DNA of 64,000 nucleotides from a bacterium (GTDB taxonomy: Bacteria > Patescibacteriota > Minisyncoccia > Phycocordibacterales > UBA6899). The notes under the pieces are model-generated. The model was not told where the DNA came from. It was given only the letters and a program-made list of their open reading frames with translations, and searched no databases. The first letter of the stretch is position 1. Every line of letters starts with the position of its first letter. The stretch lies in the NCBI GenBank assembly GCA_043743715.1, contig JAYTWK010000015.1, positions 6,576 through 70,575 on the forward strand, written 5' to 3'. Both the position numbers and the translations under genes were made by a program. Positions 1 through 10,220 of this stretch are shown here, piece by piece.

Positions 1-1
1 G

Positions 2-1096
2 CGCATTCTCAAGGCAAAAGGCCACACCATCATTACTGCTGCGGCAAGTAACGCCCCGTCCTTACCACTCCTAAAGAAGGAGAGCTTGGAGCCGATCGAG
101 ATTCCGCACTATCCTGCATGGGATTGCCCCGACGCGATCAAGAGTATGAAGAGGCTGCTCGACTTACACAAGCCGGACTGCGTTTTGGTCGGAATCTCCG
201 ACACGAAGGCCGGCAGCGAGAAGACTGCGGTGTATGTCGCCGACACTTTGGGTATTCCGACCGTCGGACTCGTCGAAGGCTGGCCGCACATGTGGCTCGC
301 TGCGTATGGCGACAGGGACACACCCATCTATCAACCGCGTGTCGCCAAGATGTGCGTAATGGACACGCTCTCGAAGGTGAGACTCGAGGAGGAAGGGTAC
401 CGGAGTGACCAGCTGGTCGTCACCGGCAATCCGTTCAACGATATCCTCATCTCCTCACTCGCGTACCGCGACGAGGCACGAGATGAAGTGTGCATGCATT
501 TCGGCATCGACCCGCGAGCGCTCAAGTTCTTGTACGCGACTACTGCAGACCTCGACAATCCCGATGAGGAGCGCGAAGGTCACCCCGAATGGCTCGGTCA
601 CAGCGAGGAGTCGGTGCTACGCGAATTCTTGAACGCACTCCAGATTGCCAAGAAACAGTACGGAGAAAAGGAGGTCGAAGGTATTGTGCGTGTGAAACCA
701 CACAGGAAGGGTGTGCGTGTGAAGGAGCTGATCGCCGAGATCTGCCCCTCGGCCCACTTCGACAACGTCGATTATCAGGGCAAGCCGTACCCGCTCCTCT
801 ATGCCGACGTCGTCGTCGGACGCTACACGCTCATGCTCGAGCATGCTGCACTGCTCCAGATTTTGGCAATCTCGTGCCTTCCCAACCTGTTCGACAAGAA
901 GCGGCAGCCGATCGCAAATCAATTGAATGCGGTATTCGCAATCTACACCAAAGGCTACCTCGCCTACCACATGAAGAAGATCGCGAAAGGCCGCGAGCTC
1001 GCGATAGAGGCGATGAGGTCAAGTCTGTCAAAGCTCAATCCAGAAGCGGACGCGACTGGGGCAGTGGTCAGGGTGATTGAAAAATACCTCACATAG
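2..1096 (+). CDS. GT-B fold glycosyltransferase / UDP-GlcNAc 2-epimerase-like protein (5' end runs off the window)
   Basis: Frame is open from position 2 (RILKAKGHTII...); VVTGNP, VKPH and YADVVVG motifs typical of GT-B proteins. Confidence 0.55.
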   Translation, partial: RILKAKGHTIITAAASNAPSLPLLKKESLEPIEIPHYPAWDCPDAIKSMKRLLDLHKPDCVLVGISDTKAGSEKTAVYVADTLGIPTVGLVEGWPHMWLAAYGDRDTPIYQPRVAKMCVMDTLSKVRLEEEGYRSDQLVVTGNPFNDILISSLAYRDEARDEVCMHFGIDPRALKFLYATTADLDNPDEEREGHPEWLGHSEESVLREFLNALQIAKKQYGEKEVEGIVRVKPHRKGVRVKELIAEICPSAHFDNVDYQGKPYPLLYADVVVGRYTLMLEHAALLQILAISCLPNLFDKKRQPIANQLNAVFAIYTKGYLAYHMKKIAKGRELAIEAMRSSLSKLNPEADATGAVVRVIEKYLT

Positions 1097-1107
1097 GTGA
1101 TGAAGGT

Positions 1108-1142
1108 GCGCTCGGGAGTTTATTCTCCCGAGCGCTTTTTTT
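1108..1142 (+). terminator. Rho-independent terminator
   Basis: GCGCTCGGGAG-loop-CTCCCGAGCGC followed by a T run. Confidence 0.85.
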
Positions 1143-1264
1143 ATCTCTTTTTATATCTCTTTATACCATCTTCCAATAACTCTTCGGCAACAGGCTAAGG
1201 GCGCTTCTTGGCTTTGAAAGGGGTGCCATTGGAGAAGCTGCCAGTTGGTTAATGGGGGATGGTA

Positions 1265-1810
1265 TTATATCTCGAAGATGCCTTCGAGTTTGATCACCGT
1301 CATCCCCACTCCACGCGCGAGTATCTCATCATCCGAGAGGAGCGGCATGCTTACTCCGTACCTGCGGAGAATTGCCTTCTTCAGTTCATCTGGACTCTTG
1401 ATATGCTTCATCGAGTATGTAAATGCCTCAGGGAGGAGAGCGTCATAGGGGATATGCTCTCTTTTTTTTACTACTGTGCCGACATAGACATTTTTCACAG
1501 AGAGCACAGGCAACACCTCATCTCCCTCGCCCTTATAATATCCCTGCCGAATGATACGCGGCAGTAGCACCTTCGCTCCCGGCTTATGACCACCGAACTC
1601 CATATTGAAATGCGTAAGAAAGTGGAGGTCATGGTCGATATAGGGATACTCGTCATTTAATATCCGAATGATTGTGCCAATACCGAAGTGACGAGTGAAA
1701 TCTTTTGCGTCATACTCTTCGATTGTTCCGTCTTCACCTTGAATCCGGACGACATCAGGAGCGGCGCTACGTGCAATAGCAAGCGAAGAGTGGTGGACTC
1801 CATGTTTCAT
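1265..1810 (-). CDS. Hypothetical protein, possible C-terminal ASCH/PUA-like domain
   Basis: 181-aa ORF; C-terminal pattern (VGTVVKK...F...ELKKAILRRY) resembles ASCH-like proteins. Confidence 0.45.
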   Translation of the reverse strand: MKHGVHHSSLAIARSAAPDVVRIQGEDGTIEEYDAKDFTRHFGIGTIIRILNDEYPYIDHDLHFLTHFNMEFGGHKPGAKVLLPRIIRQGYYKGEGDEVLPVLSVKNVYVGTVVKKREHIPYDALLPEAFTYSMKHIKSPDELKKAILRRYGVSMPLLSDDEILARGVGMTVIKLEGIFEI

Positions 1811-1915
1811 GAATCCATGATAGCACGAGAGAGAAGTACGCAGTTCGAGACGTTTTCACAATTATCTTCAATCAGCTATACTTCGAGTAAGCTGTAAAGC
1901 GAGAAATACCCATCT

Positions 1916-3193
1916 GTGAACTACTTACTTTTTGTCATGCCAATAGGCATTATCATGCTGGTCATGTTTCTGGGAGCTACTTCAGGTCTCTACGACACGC
2001 CGCTGTTCCAGGTATTCGTACAAATCTATACCATCATGAGTGTGACGGCATTTCTGTGGGCGCCGCTCCTCTTTGGATGGCTTGCGCAGCACCTATGGCT
2101 CAAGTGGCGGCAAATGGTCTATCTGCGCAAAAGTTATTATCCGTTCATTCTGCTCGAAGTAAAGGTTCCGCGCGAGATAAACAAGACCCCACTTGCGATG
2201 GAGATTGCGATGCATGCATTCGAGCGCGGTCCGAGTGGCAACTGGTGGGAGAGATGGGTCGATGGAAAATGTAAACCGTTCTTCTCGCTTGAGATAGTGT
2301 CGCTCGAAGGCAGTGTAAAATTCTTTATCTACTCGCCGCAGAAGTTCAAGGCGGATATCGAAGCAAATCTCTTTGGGCAGTACCCGGATGTCGAGATACA
2401 TGAGGTGCAGGACTATGTGGCACTCGCGCCATACTTACATGAGCGAAAGGACTGGGAGATGGCGGGCTGCACCTTCTCCTTGAACAAACCTGATCCGTAC
2501 CCCATCAAGACCTATATCGACTATGGACTCGACTCCACACAGACGAAAGAGGAGATGAAGAGCGATCCTATTTCATCGGTCATCGAGTACATGGGCGGTA
2601 TCGGCCGAGGCGAATATATGTGGTTACAGATAGGCATCATGAAGACTGCCCCACGTTTCAAAACCCCGGGCACATGGTTCGGCAAGCACGACTGGAAAGA
2701 TGAGGGTAAGAAAATTGTGAAAGAGCTGCAAGAAAAGTACGCCGGTGAGGTAGGAACGCGCGCCACCAAACGCCAGACCGAAGTCATTCAGGCAATAGAG
2801 CGCTCACTCGGGAAGCCCGGCTTCGACTCTTCATTCCGCGCGGTGTATGTCGCTCGCAAAGAACATTTCGACCGTTCACGCACCGGAGGCATTCGCGACC
2901 TCCTCAACCCGTTCAGTACGCAGGACCTCAACGGTTTCCGCTCGCATGGGCTGTTTCCGGATTATCCTTGGGAAGATTTTAATGATATTTTTTTGAACCG
3001 GAGAAAACGGCGCTTGTTCGACGGATATGTCAGGCGGTCATTCTTTTACCCCCCCTACAAGATGCCGAAGTATGTCCTCAATACTGAAGAGCTTGCGACA
3101 CTGTTCCACTTCCCGGGCGGCGTGACTGAGACTCCGACATTTGGACGCATCGGTTCGCGCAAGGGAGAGCCTCCGTCGAACTTGCCAATTTAG
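1916..3193 (+). CDS. Conserved CPR membrane-anchored hypothetical protein
   Basis: 425 aa, two N-terminal TM segments; LLEVKVP, FSLEI, YPIKTY and LNTEELATLFHFP motifs typical of Parcubacteria hypotheticals. Confidence 0.7.
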   Translation: MNYLLFVMPIGIIMLVMFLGATSGLYDTPLFQVFVQIYTIMSVTAFLWAPLLFGWLAQHLWLKWRQMVYLRKSYYPFILLEVKVPREINKTPLAMEIAMHAFERGPSGNWWERWVDGKCKPFFSLEIVSLEGSVKFFIYSPQKFKADIEANLFGQYPDVEIHEVQDYVALAPYLHERKDWEMAGCTFSLNKPDPYPIKTYIDYGLDSTQTKEEMKSDPISSVIEYMGGIGRGEYMWLQIGIMKTAPRFKTPGTWFGKHDWKDEGKKIVKELQEKYAGEVGTRATKRQTEVIQAIERSLGKPGFDSSFRAVYVARKEHFDRSRTGGIRDLLNPFSTQDLNGFRSHGLFPDYPWEDFNDIFLNRRKRRLFDGYVRRSFFYPPYKMPKYVLNTEELATLFHFPGGVTETPTFGRIGSRKGEPPSNLPI

Positions 3194-3196
3194 CTC

Positions 3197-4222
3197 ATGG
3201 AAGATCACAATTTTCAATCTTCACTTCGTACCGATACCGGCAGAATCCTTCCTCGGACTCCACGAGCATCACCACTCCGCTGGCTACGCAATCTGTTGCT
3301 CGTACTCCTCATCCCGGCGGGCATCCTTTGCTATTTCTACATCGAAACCACTGCGCCGCCTGCATTTACTCCTGATACCTTCGTGCTCGTGCCAGATGGA
3401 GCAAGTCTTGGGGAGATAGCAAAGCTGCTTGAGAAAGACAATGTGATCCGCTCGTCGCTCCTCTTTAATATAATGGTCGCGCATCTCGGCAAAGAAAAGA
3501 GTGTCGTAAGCGGTATGTATCTCTTTAGGACGCCGAGCGACCTGTTCGCAGTTGCAGAGCGGATGGCAAACGGTGATCATGGCATCGAGACCAGAAAAAT
3601 AACTCTCCCCGAGGGTTTCACCGTGAGTGACATGTCCGAGACATTCTCGAGACAGCTTCCGAATTTCGATGCTGATGAATTCATCACCACAGCACGCACG
3701 AAAGAGGGGTATCTTTTCCCCGATACATATTTCTTTCTTTTAACTGCAACTTCAGGCCCAGTATTCGCCACACTTTCGAATAATTTCTCCAAGAAGACAG
3801 CCACGCTTTTCTCTCACGCCGCGGAGCTTCACAAGAATTGGTCAGATACAATTATCATGGCCTCAATACTTGAGGGCGAGGCCGCAACAGCGCTTGACCG
3901 AAGGATAGTTTCGCAGATACTGTGGAAGCGCATCTCCATCGGCATGCGACTCGGGGTCGACGCACCGTTTATGTACACACTCGGCAAAGGCTCGCTTCAG
4001 CTCACGCAAAGTGACCTTGCGAGCGACTCACCCTATAATACCTACAAGCATACAGGGCTTCCTCCGACACCCATCGGAAATCCAGGGCTTGATGCGATAG
4101 ACGCAGCGCTACATCCTGCGACGAGCACCTATCTCTACTATCTCTCGGACAAACAGGGGACGATGCACTACTCAAAGACCTTTGAAGAGCATAAATTGAA
4201 CAAAACCAAGTTTCTGTATTAG
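3197..4222 (+). CDS. mltG: Endolytic transglycosylase MltG
   Basis: TM anchor; ITLPEG, EGYLFPDTY, MASILEGE and SPYNTYKHTGLPPTPIGNPG motifs. Confidence 0.93.
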   Translation: MEDHNFQSSLRTDTGRILPRTPRASPLRWLRNLLLVLLIPAGILCYFYIETTAPPAFTPDTFVLVPDGASLGEIAKLLEKDNVIRSSLLFNIMVAHLGKEKSVVSGMYLFRTPSDLFAVAERMANGDHGIETRKITLPEGFTVSDMSETFSRQLPNFDADEFITTARTKEGYLFPDTYFFLLTATSGPVFATLSNNFSKKTATLFSHAAELHKNWSDTIIMASILEGEAATALDRRIVSQILWKRISIGMRLGVDAPFMYTLGKGSLQLTQSDLASDSPYNTYKHTGLPPTPIGNPGLDAIDAALHPATSTYLYYLSDKQGTMHYSKTFEEHKLNKTKFLY

Positions 4223-4231
4223 TATGGCGAT

Positions 4232-5611
4232 ATGAGCGAGCAAAAAGACATACAAAGCATAACAAAGGCGCATTTTGTGGGACTTGGCGGCATCGGCATG
4301 TCGGCGATACTGCGGCTATTTGCTGCGCGCGGTATTTTTGTTTCCGGCTCTGACCTCAACCTGCCTCCGATTGAAACACTTCCTATCGGTGACTTTTATC
4401 CTTCGCATGACGCGGCATATGTACCAATCGACGCGAGCCTTTTGATTTATTCAGCGGCTGTACCTCCGACCAACCCGGAGCGTATGCGCGCAAAAGAACT
4501 GAATATTCCTGAAATGAGTTACCCCGAAGCACTCGCTTTCGTCACTGCACCGTACACAACCATCGCGGTCTCCGGTACTCACGGCAAATCCACTTCGACG
4601 GCGCTCTTGGGTAAACTGTTCGAAGCAGGAAATCTTCATCCGTCGGTGATTGTCGGTGCTGAGGTCCCGGGGTGGAATGATCACAACCTGCTACGCGGGG
4701 AGGGCGACGTATTCATCGTCGAAGCATGCGAATACCGAAGACACATGATGAATCTCTCTCCGCAGACGATTGTGCTTACCAATCTCGAGCTCGATCATCC
4801 CGACTATTATCGCGATCTCGAGGATATCAAATCAGCGTTTAAAGACTACATCGGAAAACTCGGCGGAGAAGGACTCCTGGTCGCCAACAATGACGATGCG
4901 AACATCCGCGATATCATGCGCGGCTTCGACGGTATCGTGGTTTCGTTCGGAGTCGGGTCCGGTGCGGATCTCGTCGCCAAGAACATCCACACAGGAGCAG
5001 ACCGCCAGACATTTGAGATGGTATGGAAAGGCGCATCGCTCGGAGAATTCACCACGCCGCTTCCAGGGCTCTACAACATCTACAACATTCTTTCTGCCTG
5101 CGCCGCATATCTCGCCTACAGTGGAAAGAGTGAGGCTATCCAGGGAGTCTTAGATGCCTTTCACGGCGTCGGCAGACGTTTCGAAGTCGTCGGTATGCTC
5201 GATAGTACCATCATCGTCTCGGACTATGCACACCATCCGACCGCGCTGCGTGCTGTGGTCGAAGCGGCACTCGCCCGCTACAAAAACAAGCGCGTCCTTA
5301 CCATCTTCCGTCCACACCAAAGAGAGCGCACACAGAAGCTATTCGATCAGTTCGTGGCAGTAATGGGAACTATTCCGGCACTCCTTCTGATAGAAATCTA
5401 TGATGTCGCAGGACGAGAGGAAGGTATGAATATCAGCTCACGCAATCTCATCGCGAGCATACAGGAAAAATTCCACAATCCACAGATCATCTATGCGAAG
5501 GACCTGATCGAAGCCGAAGAGATAGCGCGCACGCAGGCAGAGCACTTCGACGTCATGCTGGTGGTCGGTGCAGGAGATGCCGACCAACTCGCGTATCAGC
5601 TGGTAAAATAA
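4232..5611 (+). CDS. murC: UDP-N-acetylmuramate--L-alanine ligase
   Basis: GLGGIGMS, GTHGKST, VEACEY, DYAHHP motifs. Confidence 0.95.
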   Translation: MSEQKDIQSITKAHFVGLGGIGMSAILRLFAARGIFVSGSDLNLPPIETLPIGDFYPSHDAAYVPIDASLLIYSAAVPPTNPERMRAKELNIPEMSYPEALAFVTAPYTTIAVSGTHGKSTSTALLGKLFEAGNLHPSVIVGAEVPGWNDHNLLRGEGDVFIVEACEYRRHMMNLSPQTIVLTNLELDHPDYYRDLEDIKSAFKDYIGKLGGEGLLVANNDDANIRDIMRGFDGIVVSFGVGSGADLVAKNIHTGADRQTFEMVWKGASLGEFTTPLPGLYNIYNILSACAAYLAYSGKSEAIQGVLDAFHGVGRRFEVVGMLDSTIIVSDYAHHPTALRAVVEAALARYKNKRVLTIFRPHQRERTQKLFDQFVAVMGTIPALLLIEIYDVAGREEGMNISSRNLIASIQEKFHNPQIIYAKDLIEAEEIARTQAEHFDVMLVVGAGDADQLAYQLVK

Positions 5612-5615
5612 ACAT

Positions 5616-6830
5616 TTGCATATGAGTAAGAGAGAAGTATATGTCGACATGTCCCCGAATGAATATCAGAATCATCTAACGGGGCAGGCCGGCGGTTCGA
5701 GAAAAATGGTGTTTGTTGGAATGTCAGGGGGAGTAGACTCTTCTGTAAGTGCGGCGCTATTAAAAGAAGCGGGATACGACGTGACCGGAGTATTCATCAA
5801 GGTCTGGCAGGCCGATTTCTTGCCGTGTGACTGGAGAGAGGAGAGGAGAGATGCTATGCGAGCTGCCGCGCACCTCTCAATCCCGTTTGTCACCCTTGAT
5901 CTGGAAAAAGAGTACAAAGAAGAGGTGGTTGACTATATGATACGCGAATACGGTGCGGGGAGAATTCCGAATCCCGACGTTATGTGTAACAAGTACGTGA
6001 AGTTCGGCGCCTTTTACGCATATGCAAAGGAATGCGGCGCGGACTATATTGCGACCGGCCACTACGCGCGAAGTGAGCCGGAAGATGCAAGTCGCAAGCC
6101 ACAAGGAAACACAGAGTCAGAAATACCGAAGGCTTCAGACTTGAAACTTGATACTTGTAACTTCAAACTACTTGCCGGTGTCGACACACAGAAGGATCAG
6201 AGTTATTTTCTCTGGACCATCGAGAAAGACATACTCGCACATACACTGTTTCCCGTTGGTCACCTAAAGAAAAAAGAGGTGCGCGTGCTCGCCGCCAAGT
6301 ACGGACTTCCAAACGCAGAAAAGAAAGACAGCCAAGGACTTTGCTTTATGGGCAAAATAGATATGGCAGAATTCTTGAAACATTATCTCAAGACAACACC
6401 TGGGAATGTCCTCGATGCTAGTGGTGCGGTCATCGGCGTCCACGAGGGAGCGATGCTCTACACTATCGGACAACGCAAAGGTTTTGAAACGCACAAATCA
6501 TCCGAGCGTGAGGAGCCCTACTACGTCATTGCAAAAGACATACAGGCGAATACGATCACCGTCGCCCACAGGTCGCCTGATAATACAACTGCCTCTGCAA
6601 AGGTTGCTATTTCAGATATTCATATTATTTGTCCGCAAACTACCACAGCTGGACTCAGCGCACGTCTCCGTTACCGCGGAGAACTTTTTCCAGTAACCGT
6701 CTCCGGGTCTTTTCGTGAGGGGGGGTCTTGCGATATAGGATTTCTCGAGGACATAGATGGCATTGCTTCGGGACAATCGCTCGTGTTCTACCGCGATGGA
6801 GTGTGCGTCGGCGGGGGAGTGCTCTCGTGA
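5616..6830 (+). CDS. mnmA: tRNA 2-thiouridylase MnmA (exact start uncertain, 5616-5706)
   Basis: GMSGGVDSS, PNPDVMCN, IATGHYA, KDQSYFL, DSQGLCF motifs. Confidence 0.95.
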   Translation: MHMSKREVYVDMSPNEYQNHLTGQAGGSRKMVFVGMSGGVDSSVSAALLKEAGYDVTGVFIKVWQADFLPCDWREERRDAMRAAAHLSIPFVTLDLEKEYKEEVVDYMIREYGAGRIPNPDVMCNKYVKFGAFYAYAKECGADYIATGHYARSEPEDASRKPQGNTESEIPKASDLKLDTCNFKLLAGVDTQKDQSYFLWTIEKDILAHTLFPVGHLKKKEVRVLAAKYGLPNAEKKDSQGLCFMGKIDMAEFLKHYLKTTPGNVLDASGAVIGVHEGAMLYTIGQRKGFETHKSSEREEPYYVIAKDIQANTITVAHRSPDNTTASAKVAISDIHIICPQTTTAGLSARLRYRGELFPVTVSGSFREGGSCDIGFLEDIDGIASGQSLVFYRDGVCVGGGVLS

Positions 6831-6884
6831 AGTGCGAAAGACCACGACTTTGAAACGCTGGCAATATCGGGGTATACTTACGGG

Positions 6885-7361
6885 ATGGGAAAACATAGCT
6901 TACTTATAGGTGCCCTCGCGCTGTTTGTGCTCATTGGTCTTGGAGCTGCAGTTTCAGGCACTTCTATTATAAACAAGAACAACAGTGCGGCGGCAGTATC
7001 ATTAGCAGACGATTCAATAACTATGGATAACGAAAACACATCTGGACTGAAGATAGAAGTTTTACAAGAAGGGAGCGGAGCTGAGGCCAAGAACGGCGAC
7101 CACATCTCGGTCGACTACACTGGCATGCTTACAGACGGGAAGGTATTTGACACAAGCGTTGGTCGCGCACCGTTCACACTCACACTTGGTGCGGGTCAAG
7201 TGATTAAAGGCTGGGAACAGGGACTGCTTGGAATGAAAATCGGCGAAAAACGCAAACTCACCATTCCCTCTGATCTCGCATATGGAAAGAGCGGATACCC
7301 GGGGGCAATTCCGCCCGATGCGACGCTCATCTTTGATGTTGAACTCAAGTCGATAAAATAG
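6885..7361 (+). CDS. FKBP-type peptidyl-prolyl isomerase
   Basis: VDYTG, FDTS, GQVIKGWEQG, AYG...IPPDATLIFDVEL. Confidence 0.93.
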   Translation: MGKHSLLIGALALFVLIGLGAAVSGTSIINKNNSAAAVSLADDSITMDNENTSGLKIEVLQEGSGAEAKNGDHISVDYTGMLTDGKVFDTSVGRAPFTLTLGAGQVIKGWEQGLLGMKIGEKRKLTIPSDLAYGKSGYPGAIPPDATLIFDVELKSIK

Positions 7362-7388
7362 ACGCCGACAGAACGCGCATATTCCAAC

Positions 7389-7853
7389 ATGACAAAGTGG
7401 CTCATCATCATCACGCTCGCAATCACCTTGGGGATATTTGGTTTTTTGTATTCACAATCGACTCATCAGAGCACAGCCACTGATCAGGCAGAGACGCAGA
7501 GTGGCAATGGGATTCCGGTGGTGCATTCTTTCAAAGACGGGGTTCATCATTATTCAGGCCAGCTCAAGCTTGCACATTCTTGCTATACAGTCACTGCGGA
7601 GACACAAGGCGATCCGGCGGATGCAAAGAATCAACACATTATCCTTAGCGTCGTCAACAATATGGCGCATGAGGGTTTCTGTTCTCAGATAGTGACGCGC
7701 TATCCCTTTGATGTCATCCTGGATGCACCCGAAGATGTGAACACGACCCTTATGGTCAACGGAGCACTCGTACCAATAAACATCCACGAAACGACATGGC
7801 AAAATCCTACCTCCGGCGGATATATTACTCCCTTGAATAAGACCGGTTTTTAG
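7389..7853 (+). CDS. Membrane-anchored/secreted hypothetical protein
   Basis: N-terminal hydrophobic helix, paired Cys, 154 aa. Confidence 0.7.
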   Translation: MTKWLIIITLAITLGIFGFLYSQSTHQSTATDQAETQSGNGIPVVHSFKDGVHHYSGQLKLAHSCYTVTAETQGDPADAKNQHIILSVVNNMAHEGFCSQIVTRYPFDVILDAPEDVNTTLMVNGALVPINIHETTWQNPTSGGYITPLNKTGF

Positions 7854-7854
7854 G

Positions 7855-8697
7855 ATGGATGCGAATATCACGATTATCAAGGCTTCAGGTGAAAGGGAGC
7901 CGTGGAACCGCGACAAGTTGATGAGCTCGCTCATCTCTTCACGAGCGGAGCCAGAGTTGGCAACGGAGATAGTAGACCACGTCGAGAAAGATTTACGTGA
8001 CGGCATGCGCACCACCGACATCTATGAACATGCCTTCAATTTGCTTTCAAAGTACAACCGGCCTATTGCATCGCAATACAGCCTAAAGCGCGCGATGCTC
8101 GAACTCGGACCATCAGGATTTCCGTTCGAGCGCTTTATCGCCGAGATACTTAAGGTAGAGGGGTACCGGACACAGGTCGGCGTCATGGTCGAGGGACAGT
8201 GCGTCACACATGAAGTTGACGTCATCGCAGAAGAGGGAGGCGAGCGCATCCTGGTCGAAGCCAAGTATCACAATTCTCCGGACACGAAGAGTGATGTAAA
8301 GGTCGCGCTCTATGTCCACGCGCGATTCGAAGATATCAGAAAGAAGATTGAGGAGTCACCAAAGGGCGGGGAGGTGTTCACGCGTCCGTGGCTTATCACG
8401 AATACCAGCTTCACTTCGCAGGCGATACAGTATGCACAGTGCGTCGGACTCGCACTCACCGGCTGGAATTATCCCAAGGATCGCACCTTCCAGGACCTCG
8501 TCCTTCGCACACAAACCCACCCCATCAGTGTGCTCACCACACTCTCGAAGAGTGAGAAAAATCAACTGCTACAGAAGGGGGTTGTGCTGTGCAGGGACAT
8601 CATTGATCATACCTACCACCTCGAATCGATTGGAATGAAAAAACATGACATCGATAGAGTCATCGAAGAAGGGACGATGCTTTGTCCGCCTCGATAA
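7855..8697 (+). CDS. ATP-cone domain fused to Mrr-like PD-(D/E)XK endonuclease domain
   Basis: IIKASGEREPWNRDKL (ATP cone); FE...HEVDV...VEAKYH nuclease motif. Confidence 0.8.
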   Translation: MDANITIIKASGEREPWNRDKLMSSLISSRAEPELATEIVDHVEKDLRDGMRTTDIYEHAFNLLSKYNRPIASQYSLKRAMLELGPSGFPFERFIAEILKVEGYRTQVGVMVEGQCVTHEVDVIAEEGGERILVEAKYHNSPDTKSDVKVALYVHARFEDIRKKIEESPKGGEVFTRPWLITNTSFTSQAIQYAQCVGLALTGWNYPKDRTFQDLVLRTQTHPISVLTTLSKSEKNQLLQKGVVLCRDIIDHTYHLESIGMKKHDIDRVIEEGTMLCPPR

Positions 8698-8765
8698 ATT
8701 TTTTTGAACAGCGGTGTGTAGTTATCTTTCCTCAATTCACGTAATTTTGTATAATAAAAACACGT

Positions 8766-9290
8766 ATGGAAGACTTTGCGGTATCGAACTTTGAACTCAT
8801 GGTGCGGCTCACGGTCGCGGTCATTCTTGGACTTATCATCGGATCGGAGCGCTCACGTGTAGGGAAGCGCGCAGGCATGCGCACCTATGCGCTCGTGTCC
8901 CTTGGCGCATGTCTTTTCATTGTCATGAGTGGCGTGGTCTCGGTGATGTATGCAGAGACGTTCACCTTTGACCCACTGCGCGTCGCCTCTCAGATAGTAG
9001 TCGGTATTGGATTCCTTGGCGCAGGAGTCATCTTTGTGCAAAAGAATGAACTCACCGGACTCACCACTGCGGCGGGACTGTGGGTAGTGGCAGCAATCGG
9101 AGCGACATGCGGGTATGGACTCTACGCCATCGCTACCTATGTCACATTCTTGACACTTTTTATTTTTGAGGCATTATGGTATTTTGAAGAACGCTTTGTA
9201 CGTATCGCGGACAAAACGCCGCAGCAAGAATTTTCAGAAGAAGTATTGAAAGCAAAGAAACCCACTCAGCATCATGAAGACGAAAGTTAA
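8766..9290 (+). CDS. MgtC/SapB family membrane protein
   Basis: IG.ER, AGMRTY, QIVVGIGFLGAG, GLTTAAGLW. Confidence 0.93.
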   Translation: MEDFAVSNFELMVRLTVAVILGLIIGSERSRVGKRAGMRTYALVSLGACLFIVMSGVVSVMYAETFTFDPLRVASQIVVGIGFLGAGVIFVQKNELTGLTTAAGLWVVAAIGATCGYGLYAIATYVTFLTLFIFEALWYFEERFVRIADKTPQQEFSEEVLKAKKPTQHHEDES

Positions 9291-10140
9291 AAAAGCAATC
9301 ATTGCCGTCGCAGGAAGCGGAACGCGTTTTCTCCCTGCCACAAAAGCTCAGCCCAAGGAGATGCTTCCGATTATCGATAAGCCCATCATCCAGTATGTTG
9401 TTGAGGAATTAGTTGATGCAGGCATCGAAGATATTATTCTCGTTACGAAGTGGGACAAGAAGACCCTTGAAGACCATTTCGACCGCTCATTCGAGCTTGA
9501 GCACTCACTCGAGGCCGCCGGAAAGATGAAGATGCTAAGTGCTATTCAAAAAATCTCATCGATGGCGAATTTTATCTATGTCAGACAGAAAGGTCCGTAC
9601 GGCAACGGCACGCCCATACTCTCTGCCGCAAGTCTCATAAATGACGAGCCGTTCGTTTTTGCCTGGGGTGATGATCTTGTACTCTCGAAAACATCTTTCA
9701 CCAAGCAACTCATAGACAATTATCATGAGCACAACGCTCCGGTTATCGGTGTGCAGAAGGTGCCGAAAGACACCGTCGACCGCTATGGAATCGTCAAGCT
9801 CAGGCCGGGCACACGCGAGATGGAGCACGTGGTCGAGAAGCCTTCGATTGAGAAAGCGCCTTCGCAGCTCGCGCAATTTGGCCGCATGATTCTCACGCCA
9901 GAGATAGTCAATATCTTGAAAGAGACCAAGCTTGGTAAAGGTAATGAACTATGGGTCACCGACGCCATTTCCACCTATATCAAACGCGGCGGTAAATTCA
10001 TGGTGCAGGAAGTCGAGAACGGGCAGTGGCTGACTACCGGAGACCCTTTGAATTACCTGAAGGCGATGATCGAGTACGCGCTCGTGCGCGAGGACATCGG
10101 CGATGACTTTCGGAAGCATTTGCACTCGCTGAATCTGTAG
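9274..10140 (+). CDS. galU: UTP--glucose-1-phosphate uridylyltransferase
   Basis: GSGTRFLPATKAQPKEMLP, VEKP. Confidence 0.92.
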   Translation: MKTKVKKAIIAVAGSGTRFLPATKAQPKEMLPIIDKPIIQYVVEELVDAGIEDIILVTKWDKKTLEDHFDRSFELEHSLEAAGKMKMLSAIQKISSMANFIYVRQKGPYGNGTPILSAASLINDEPFVFAWGDDLVLSKTSFTKQLIDNYHEHNAPVIGVQKVPKDTVDRYGIVKLRPGTREMEHVVEKPSIEKAPSQLAQFGRMILTPEIVNILKETKLGKGNELWVTDAISTYIKRGGKFMVQEVENGQWLTTGDPLNYLKAMIEYALVREDIGDDFRKHLHSLNL

Positions 10141-10220
10141 ATACCGCTCTATATCGCCGTAACAAAATGGCGGAGTCGTACCCATTGAGCCATTTTGCTT
10201 GTATAATTATACCAAGTGAT

